DNA of 22,215 nt from Piromyces finnis finn (Eukaryota; Fungi; Neocallimastigomycota), in NCBI GenBank assembly GCA_002104945.1, contig MCFH01000165.1, forward strand, positions 1-22,215, given 5' to 3'. Below, piece by piece: positions 1-11,047 of this stretch (its first letter is position 1; the number at the start of each line of letters is the position of its first letter). Under the pieces are notes generated by a model. That model saw only the letters and a list, made by a program, of their open reading frames with translations, was not told where the DNA came from and did not search any database. The position numbers were made by a program, and so were the translations under genes.

Positions 1-939
1 AATCCTTTAATTGATTTTTTTAAAAATGAATAATATATTATTATTAATAATGTTAAAATAATTTTTATTATTTTAATTTAAAGAATATTATAATAATAAT
101 AAGATTATTTAATAGTAATACTTATTAAGTATTAATAAGATAATAATCTTTACAAAGATTTAATTCATAAAACTATTCTAAACTATTTATACTATTTGTA
201 ATTTTACATTTAATACTAAAATAACTTTTTAGTACATGATTATATTCATAATATATTTTATAATACTAAAACTAAACTTAAGACTTATTACTAATTATTA
301 AAAATAACTATTGTTTATATATTTATAATATTAATTATTTCTTAATTATAATAATTCATTGCATATAATTTTAATAATTATAATCTTTTAATTCAAAGAT
401 TATAAGTTATGTTATTGAAAAATTATTATAAAATAAAGTTAATTAATTCCGGAAAATAATTTTAATTTAATTAAAACAATAATTTATATCCTTTTGGGTG
501 AATGATTTATGTCAATCATCAGGGGTGATCATTCTCTGAATAAACAATTAATCATTACTAACAAAATATCTTTAAATTGAAATAATCTCGTGAACCAGCA
601 GAGATATTGACCTGATTTTAAGATATGTTGTTTGTCTCGAGCGTGGCTTTCTAACGAACTTAATTATAACCAAAATATTATTATTCAAAAATCGTCATTC
701 GTTGAGGGAATACGCGTGTTTTTTTCTTATTCCATTTTAACGATAAGGGTTAAAGTTATTTATTATAAAAATTATTAAGGGTTAAGGTCATATTTTAACC
801 TTTTCTAAATTTTTAAATATTTCTTAATAAAATTTTATAATTTATTTGAAAATAAAATATTTGTTGATTTTGAATTTTCATAAGTGATTTCACAATTCCA
901 AGTGATCTTGAAATTGTAATTTCACTAGTATTCGTGACA
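1..939 (+). repeat. ~1.03-kb constant block, variant A (5'-truncated by window edge)
   Basis: Matches 5478-6508 and ends ...CACTAGTATTCGTGACA. Confidence 0.92.
496..725 (+). ncRNA. Candidate structured non-coding RNA, variant A (family unidentified)
   Basis: GC-enriched island with nested inverted repeats, ending in a T-run; see 6066-6294. Confidence 0.33.
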
Positions 940-1003
940 ATTTTTTCCATGTGTCCAAATTTTTTAAATTTTTATATAGTTATTGTGACAAAATAACAAA
1001 AGT

Positions 1004-1075
1004 GGGGTGTTAGCTCAGCGGTAGAGCAATTGACTGCAGATCAATAGGTCTTCGGTTCAAATCCGGAACGCCCCT
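1004..1075 (+). tRNA. trnC: tRNA-Cys (GCA), eukaryotic cytosolic type, intronless, no encoded CCA
   Basis: Cloverleaf folded by hand: acceptor GGGGTGT/ACGCCCC, D stem GCTC/GAGC, anticodon stem ATTGA/TCAAT with loop CTGCAGA, T stem TTCGG/CCGGA with loop TTCAAAT, discriminator T (U73, typical of Cys). A-box and B-box are intact. Confidence 0.97.
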
Positions 1076-1078
1076 TAC

Positions 1079-1094
1079 TTTTAATTTTTTTTTT
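1079..1094 (+). terminator. RNA polymerase III oligo-dT terminator of the tRNA gene
   Basis: T4 then T10 starting 4 nt after the discriminator. Equivalent runs at 6649-6664, 12219-12234 and 17782-17797. Confidence 0.75.
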
Positions 1095-1157
1095 GTTTTA
1101 TCAAAGTAATAATTTTATTTTATTAAAGTAATAATTTTGCCATTACCCTTATGTTTG

Positions 1158-2212
<1,055 letters not shown>

Positions 2213-2410
2213 CAAAAATTTGATTTTTGACTCGGTATCCCATTGAAAGTCGAATACAATTACTATACTTTAGTATAATAGTGGCTTTCTTACTTTAATT
2301 AAAATTACTAGAATATATTATACCCAATTTTTATTCAAGTAATAAATGATTATATTAAAAAAAATCAATTACTAGATAACAAGAAAATAAAAGGTTACAT
2401 ATATTTTTAA

Positions 2411-2463
2411 TTGATACATTAACCGATATATTTTTGAATAATAGAATATTTTATTAAATAGTA
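2411..2463 (+). repeat. Diverged ~53-bp direct repeat, copy in cargo 1
   Basis: TTGATACATTAACCGATATATTTTTGAATAATAGAATATTTT aligns with 3779-3832 TTGATGCGTTGACCGATATATTTGTGAATAATATAATGTTTT. Confidence 0.85.
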
Positions 2464-2643
2464 TGTTCTGGAATATCCTCAATAATATGTTCTTCTAAAT
2501 TACTTACTTCTTCTGGCTTTTCGGATAAGAAGGTATGAATTAAATAATTATAATTATATGATAATTATTTTTATTGAATATAACTTTCTTAGAAATTTTG
2601 GGACGTTTAAGTTTAAATTTACGGGATTGACCATTTTTTCTTC

Positions 2644-2695
2644 TATTTTTGTACTAAACTATATAAAATTATTTAATAATTATTTTATAATAAAA
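2644..2695 (+). repeat. 52-bp inverted repeat, left arm
   Basis: TATTTTTGTACTAAACTATATAAAATTATTTAATAATTATTTTATAATAAAA is the reverse complement of 4966-5018 apart from one extra A. Other copies: 8211-8262, 13782-13832, 19343-19394. Confidence 0.9.
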
Positions 2696-2698
2696 TTT

Positions 2699-3724
2699 TG
2701 TAAAAGTTTTACTAAACTTATAATTTAATATTAAAATATTAAATTAAATAAAAGATTAAAGATAACTAGGTTAGAAAAAAAATGTTTTATTAAAATAATC
2801 TTAATTGCTTTATAAATGAATAATTAAGTTATGTATTATGGTTAAATAATTTCTTTTATTTTATTTAAATAATATATATAAAATAAGATTATTTAATAAT
2901 AATACTTATTAAGTATTAATAAGATAATAATCTTTACAAAGATTTAATTTCATAAAATTATTCTAAACTATTTATACTAATTGTAATTTTACATTTAATA
3001 ATAAAATAACTTTTTAATACATGATTATATTCATAATATATTTTATAATACTAAAACTAAACTTAAGACTTATTACTAATTATTAAAAATAACTATTGTT
3101 TATATATTTATAATATTAATTATTTCTTAATTATAATATAATTCATTGCATATAATTTTAATAATTATAATCTTTTAATTCAAAGATTATAAGTTATGTT
3201 ATTGAAATAATTATTATAAATAAAGTTAATTAATTCCGGAAAATAATTTTAATTTAATTAAAACAATAATTTATATCCTTTTGGGTGAATGATTTATGTC
3301 AATACATCAGGGGTGATCATTCTCTGAATAAACAATTAATCATTACTAACAAAATATCTTTAAATTGAAATATCTCGTGAACCAGCAGAGATATTGACCT
3401 GATTTTAAGATATGTTGTTTATCTCGAGCGTGACTTTCTAACGAACCCACAATCTCCCAACCATTATTCAAAAATCGCTATTCGTTAAGGAGATACGCGT
3501 GTTTTTCCTTATTTAATTTTGACGATAAGGGTTAAAGTTATTTATTATAAATTTTATTAAGGGGTTAAGGTCATATCTTAACCTTTTCTAAATTTTTTAA
3601 ATATTTCTTAATATAATTTTATAATTTATTTGAAAATAAAATATTATTGATTTTGAAATTTTATAAGTAATTTCACCAATTTCAAGTGATCTTGAAATTG
3701 TAGATTTCACTAGTATTCGTGACA
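2699..3724 (+). repeat. ~1.03-kb constant block, variant B
   Basis: Starts TGTAAAAGTTTTACTAAAC and ends TATTCGTGACA. Aligns end to end with variant A. Flanked by AATTT on both sides. Confidence 0.93.
3283..3506 (+). ncRNA. Candidate structured non-coding RNA, variant B
   Basis: Paralog of variant A; differences cluster in a predicted loop. Confidence 0.33.
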
Positions 3725-3778
3725 AATTTTCTACTAATATCAAATTTATAATATATTTATAATTATTATTTATCAGGG

Positions 3779-3832
3779 TTGATGCGTTGACCGATATATT
3801 TGTGAATAATATAATGTTTTTAATAAATAATA
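3779..3832 (+). repeat. Diverged ~53-bp direct repeat, copy in cargo 2
   Basis: Partner of 2411-2463; present in every unit. Confidence 0.85.
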
Positions 3833-4652
3833 AATTCTATATTATTATGATGAAACAATAAATTTAAAATAAAATAAAAATATGTTTTATAATTAACAAA
3901 TAAATCACTCAAAACTCGAAAATAAACTCTTATTATGTTTTAAATTAAATCTTTATTATATTCTATTTCTATAATTTATTTATTATCTGTTTATTGTCTT
4001 TTTATTCTCTATTTATTGTCCCCCTTTTTATAAAGAAGAATTTTATCTTCCTTTTATACATTTTCATTTATTACATGTATTATTATTTTTAACTATTAAA
4101 TATTATTATTACTATTGCTATTATTTATTAAAATTAAAAGAATAAATTAAAATTATGTCTTAGTATTATAAAATATTATAGAATATTACTTATTTGATTT
4201 CTTATTACTTCAAAATGTTTAAATTTAGAAAAATTATTATAAATTATCATTGACTATCATTAAATGTATAATACCTTGAATAAAATAATTAAAATTTAAA
4301 ATTAAAATAATATTAAAATAAAATTAAAATAAAATTAAAATAAAAATTTAACAAAATTAAAATATTAAAAGTATCAATTATTATAAACACTCATTTTATA
4401 CAGAAACATAAAAGAGTTCTGTATTTTATCTTTGGAATTGTTATTATTGTTCTATTTCCAGGTTTTAAGTTTGTCATTTTAGTAATAATTACTCAATTAG
4501 TTATTTTTTTAATTTATAAGTTTAAGAGTATTTCTAAAGAACACTTGGATAAACACTAGAATTAATAATTTGATGTATATCATTTTATTTTTAGTTTATT
4601 TATTCATTTTTATTTATTTATTATTATTTTATTATTTTAGTACATTATTGGA

Positions 4653-4875
4653 TTAAGTCGTTTTATTTTATTTAATAATTTATTTTATTTAATAATTTAT
4701 TTTATTATTATCACTATTAGGTCGTTTTTACTCAGAATTTATTATATAATAAAGATAATATTATTTATTTAAAGAAAGGGTTATATTTTCATAAAATTAT
4801 TATTCATTCATTTTTAAGGATTATTATTGTTTATTTTTATTATAAGTTACTATGGGTTAAGTCGTGTTTATTCAG
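4653..4875 (+). repeat. Three spaced copies of motif TTARGTCGTKTTTAYTCAG (first copy partial)
   Basis: 4653 TTAAGTCGTTTTATT; 4717 TTAGGTCGTTTTTACTCAG; 4857 TTAAGTCGTGTTTATTCAG. Confidence 0.7.
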
Positions 4876-4965
4876 CTAGTTTATATCATGTTTTTATATG
4901 AGTAGCGTATCAAGGTTGATAAATAATAATTATAAATATATTATACATTTGATATTAGTAGAATA

Positions 4966-5018
4966 TTTTATTATAAAAATAATTATTAAATAATTTTATA
5001 TAGTTTAGTACAAAAATA
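4966..5018 (-). repeat. 52-bp inverted repeat, right arm
   Basis: TTTTATTATAAAAATAATTATTAAATAATTTTATATAGTTTAGTACAAAAATA. Other copies: 10536-10588, 16105-16157, 21666-21717. Confidence 0.9.
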
Positions 5019-5477
5019 TAATTTACATAAAATCAAATATTTTATAAATTTATATATTATAAAAATCATTTTTAATATAAAGAATAATAATAATTTTTAG
5101 TAGAAAATGAGAAGACTTAGATTATTAATAATAAGTTAAATTTTAATAATAGTTAATATAATTAATTAGTGAATACATAATAATATTTAAAAGACAAAAA
5201 TAAGTTTTTATATAATAAAAATTATTGTTAAAAAGAGCGTAAGAACAATAAATAAAAGAAAATATAAAAACGAAATTAAACTTGTCTAATTTGTAATTAT
5301 TGTGTTAATAATAAATAATATTTTATAGAATAAATCTGGTGTTATTATTCTATATAAATATTATTAAAATAATAAAACTATTAAAACTATAAAATAACTT
5401 AAAATAAATTAATAAAACTAGTAGATATTGTTAAAGCTCGTACAATAGCTGTCGAGATAAAACAATATAAGATAACA

Positions 5478-6508
5478 TGTAAAAGTTTTACTAAACTTAT
5501 AATTTAATATTAAAATATCAAATTAAATAAAAGGTTAAAAGATAACTAGGTTAGAAAAAAAATGTTTTATTAAAATAATCTTAATTGATTTATAAATGAA
5601 TAATTATATTATGTATTATAGTTAAAATAATTCCTTTTTATTTTATTTAAAGAATATATATAATAATAAGATTATTTAATAGTAATACTTATTAAGTATT
5701 AATAAGATAATAATCTTTACAAAGATTTAATTCATAAAACTATTCTAAACTATTTATACTATTTGTAATTTTACATTTAATACTAAAATAACTTTTTAGT
5801 ACATGATTATATTCATAATATATTTTATAATACTAAAACTAAACTTAAGACTTATTACTAATTATTAAAAATAACTATTGTTTATATATTTATAATATTA
5901 ATTATTTCTTAATTATAATATAATTCATTGCATATAATTTTAATAATTATAATCTTTTAATTCAAAGATTATAAGTTATGTTATTGAAATAATTATTATA
6001 AAATAAAGTTAATTAATTCCGGAAAATAATTTTAATTTAATTAAAACAATAATTTATATCCTTTTGGGTGAATGATTTATGTCAATACATCAGGGGTGAT
6101 CATTCTCTGAATAAACAATTAATCATTACTAACAAAATATCTTTAAATTGAAATATCTCGTGAACCAGCAGAGATATTGACCTGATTTTAAGATATGTTG
6201 TTTGTCTCGAGCGTGGCTTTCTAACGAACTTAATTATAACCAAAATATTATTATTCAAAAATCGTCATTCGTTGAGGAGATACGCGTGTTTTTTCTTATT
6301 CCATTTTAACGATAAGGGTTAAAGTTATTTATTATAAAAATTATTAAGGGTTAAGGTCATATTTTAACCTTTTCTAAATTTTTAAATATTTCTTAATAAA
6401 ATTTTATAATTTATTTGAAAATAAAATATTTGTTGATTTTGAATTTTCATAAGTGATTTCACAATTCCAAGTGATCTTGAAATTGTAATTTCACTAGTAT
6501 TCGTGACA
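5478..6508 (+). repeat. ~1.03-kb constant block, variant A
   Basis: Same termini as variant B, with patchy substitutions relative to B. Ends 65 bp upstream of the tRNA. Confidence 0.93.
6066..6294 (+). ncRNA. Candidate structured non-coding RNA, variant A
   Basis: Stems: GAATGAT/ATCATTC; long hairpin AACAAAATATCTTTAAAT..AATATCTC[GTGAACCAGCA]GAGATATT..ATTTTAAGATATGTTGTT; GCGT..TTTC..AACGAA/TTCGTT..GAGA.ACGC; ends GTGTTTTTT. Upstream are a TTCCGGAA palindrome (6017-6024) and TTTATAT (6053-6059). Confidence 0.35.
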
Positions 6509-6573
6509 ATTTTTTCCATGTGTCCAAATTTTTTAAATTTTTATATATGTTATTGTGACAAAATAACAAAAGT

Positions 6574-6645
6574 GGGGTGTTAGCTCAGCGGTAGAGCAAT
6601 TGACTGCAGATCAATAGGTCTTCGGTTCAAATCCGGAACGCCCCT
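6574..6645 (+). tRNA. trnC: tRNA-Cys (GCA), copy 2
   Basis: Identical to 1004-1075. Confidence 0.97.
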
Positions 6646-6727
6646 TACTTTTAATTTTTTTTTTGTTTTATCAAAGTAATAATTTTATTTTATTAAAGTA
6701 ATAATTTTGCCATTACCCTTATGTTTG

Positions 6728-7781
<1,054 letters not shown>

Positions 7782-8852
7782 CAAAAATTTGATTTTTGAC
7801 TCGGTATCCCATTGAAAGTCGAATACAATTACTATACTTTAGTATAATAGTGGCTTTCTTACTTTAATTAAAATTACTAGAATATATTATACCCAATTTT
7901 TATTCAAGTAATAAATGATTATATTAAAAAAATCAATTACTAGATAACAAGAAAATAAAAGGTTACATATATTTTTAATTGATACATTAACCGATATATT
8001 TTTGAATAATAGAATATTTTATTAAATAGTATGTTCTGGAATATCCTCAATAATATGTTCTTCTAAATTACTTACTTCTTCTGGCTTTTCGGATAAGAAG
8101 GTATGAATTAAATAATTATAATTATATGATAATTATTTTTATTGAATATAACTTTCTTAGAAATTTTGGGACGTTTAAGTTTAAATTTACGGGATTGACC
8201 ATTTTTCTTCTATTTTTGTACTAAACTATATAAAATTATTTAATAATTATTTTATAATAAAATTTTGTAAAAGTTTTACTAAACTTATAATTTAATATTA
8301 AAATATTAAATTAAATAAAAGATTAAAGATAACTAGGTTAGAAAAAAAATGTTTTATTAAAATAATCTTAATTGCTTTATAAATGAATAATTAAGTTATG
8401 TATTATGGTTAAAATAATTTCTTTTATTTTATTTAAATAATATATATAATAATAAGATTATTTAATAATAATACTTATTAAGTATTAATAAGATAATAAT
8501 CTTTACAAAGATTTAATTTCATAAAATTATTCTAAACTATTTATACTAATTGTAATTTTACATTTAATAATAAAATAACTTTTTAATACATGATTATATT
8601 CATAATATATTTTATAATACTAAAACTAAACTTAAGACTTATTACTAATTATTAAAAATAACTATTGTTTATATATTTATAATATTAATTATTTCTTAAT
8701 TATAATATAATTCATTGCATATAATTTTAATAATTATAATCTTTTAATTCAAAGATTATAAGTTATGTTATTGAAATAATTATTATAAAATAAAGTTAAT
8801 TAATTCCGGAAAATAATTTTAATTTAATTAAAACAATAATTTATATCCTTTT

Positions 8853-9076
8853 GGGTGAATGATTTATGTCAATACATCAGGGGTGATCATTCTCTGAATA
8901 AACAATTAATCATTACTAACAAAATATCTTTAAATTGAAATATCTCGTGAACCAGCAGAGATATTGACCTGATTTTAAGATATGTTGTTTATCTCGAGCG
9001 TGACTTTCTAACGAACCCACAATCTCCCAACCATTATTCAAAAATCGCTATTCGTTAAGGAGATACGCGTGTTTTT
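8853..9076 (+). ncRNA. Candidate structured non-coding RNA, variant B
   Basis: As 3283-3506. Confidence 0.35.
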
Positions 9077-9243
9077 CCTTATTTAATTTTGACGATAAGG
9101 GTTAAAGTTATTTATTATAAATTTTATTAAGGGTTAAGGTCATATCTTAACCTTTTCTAAATTTTTTAAATATTTCTTAATATAATTTTATAATTTATTT
9201 GAAAATAAAATATTATTGATTTTGAAATTTTATAAGTAATTTC

Positions 9244-9269
9244 ACAATTTCAAGTGATCTTGAAATTGT
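9244..9269. other. Perfect 11-bp-stem palindrome near the 3' end of the constant block
   Basis: ACAATTTCAAG-TGAT-CTTGAAATTGT in variant B; one mismatch in variant A (6461-6486). Present in all eight blocks. Confidence 0.85.
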
Positions 9270-11047
9270 AGATTTCACTAGTATTCGTGACAAATTTTCT
9301 ACTAATATCAAATTTATAATATATTTATAATTATTATTTATCAGGGTTGATGCGTTGACCGATATATTTGTGAATAATATAATGTTTTTAATAAATAATA
9401 AATTCTATATTATTATGATGAAACAATAAATTTAAAATAAAATAAAAATATGTTTTATAATTAACAAATAAATCACTCAAAACTCGAAAATAAACTCTTA
9501 TTATGTTTTAAATTAAATCTTTATTATATTCTATTTCTATAATTTATTTATTATCTGTTTATTGTCTTTTTTATTCTCTATTTATTGTCCCCCTTTTTAT
9601 AAAGAAGAATTTTATCTTCCTTTTATACATTTTCATTTATTACATGTATTATTATTTTTAACTATTAAATATTATTATTACTATTGCTATTATTTATTAA
9701 AATTAAAAGAATAAATTAAAATTATGTCTTAGTATTATAAAATATTATAGAATATTACTTATTTGATTTTCTTATTACTTCAAAATGTTTAAATTTAGAA
9801 AAATTATTATAAATTATCATTGACTATCATTAAATGTATAATACCTTGAATAAAATAATTAAAATTTAAAATTAAAATAATATTAAAATAAAATTAAAAT
9901 AAAATTAAAATAAAAATTTAACAAAATTAAAATATTAAAAGTATCAATTATTATAAACACTCATTTTATACAGAAACATAAAAGAGTTCTGTATTTTATC
10001 TTTGGAATTGTTATTATTGTTCTATTTCCAGGTTTTAAGTTTGTCATTTTAGTAATAATTACTCAATTAGTTATTTTTTTAATTTATAAGTTTAAGAGTA
10101 TTTCTAAAGAACACTTGGATAAACACTAGAATTAATAATTTGATGTATATCATTTTATTTTTAGTTTATTTATTCATTTTTATTTATTTATTATTATTTT
10201 ATTATTTTAGTACATTATTGGATTAAGTCGTTTTATTTTATTTAATAATTTATTTTATTTAATAATTTATTTTATTATTATCACTATTAGGTCGTTTTTA
10301 CTCAGAATTTATTATATAATAAAGATAATATTATTTATTTAAAGAAAGGGTTATATTTTCATAAAATTATTATTCATTCATTTTTAAGGATTATTATTGT
10401 TTATTTTTATTATAAGTTACTATGGGTTAAGTCGTGTTTATTCAGCTAGTTTATATCATGTTTTTATATGAGTAGCGTATCAAGGTTGATAAATAATAAT
10501 TATAAATATATTATACATTTGATATTAGTAGAATATTTTATTATAAAAATAATTATTAAATAATTTTATATAGTTTAGTACAAAAATATAATTTACATAA
10601 AATCAAATATTTTATAAATTTATATATTATAAAAATCATTTTTAATATAAAGAATAATAATAATTTTTAGTAGAAAATGAGAAGACTTAGATTATTAATA
10701 ATAAGTTAAATTTTAATAATAGTTAATATAATTAATTAGTGAATACATAATAATATTTAAAAGACAAAAATAAGTTTTTATATAATAAAAATTATTGTTA
10801 AAAAGAGCGTAAGAACAATAAATAAAAGAAAATATAAAAACGAAATTAAACTTGTCTAATTTGTAATTATTGTGTTAATAATAAATAATATTTTATAGAA
10901 TAAATCTGGTGTTATTATTCTATATAAATATTATTAAAATAATAAAACTATTAAAACTATAAAATAACTTAAAATAAATTAATAAAACTAGTAGATATTG
11001 TTAAAGCTCGTACAATAGCTGTCGAGATAAAACAATATAAGATAACA

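Larger units (their letters stand above)
8266..9292 (+). repeat. ~1.03-kb constant block, variant B
   Basis: As 2699-3724. Confidence 0.93.

Noticed and set aside
3773-3795. Degenerate second tRNA after block B (CAGGGTTGATGCGTTGACCG)
   Set aside because: No cloverleaf, B-box or anticodon arm; the sequence is better explained as part of the 53-bp direct repeat.
4285-4370. AAAATAAAATT 11-bp periodic repeats as bent DNA
   Set aside because: The A-tracts recur every 5-6 bp (half a helical turn), which would cancel curvature; ordinary low-complexity sequence.
3830-5477. Minus-strand or read-through ORFs in cargo 2 (e.g. INREQKDNKQIINKLQKQNIIKIQFK under TAR=Gln)
   Set aside because: Near-pure AT sequence gives K/N/I/Q-rich pseudo-proteins in any frame once stops are reassigned; there is no independent coding signal.
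6079-6294. U3 snoRNA identity (ATACATCAGGGGTGATCATT resembles box A'/A; GAGCGTGA in variant B equals box B; length ~215 nt)
   Set aside because: The 18S-pairing CAGGATCA is interrupted, box C is not conserved (TGAGGA vs TAAGGA), and there is no 3' box D CTGA. Not called without an Infernal hit.
6344-6357. Telomerase RNA template or telomere (TTAAGGGTTAAGG)
   Set aside because: Fewer than two repeats, paired within a hairpin, and outside the T-terminated candidate RNA; no telomeric array is present.
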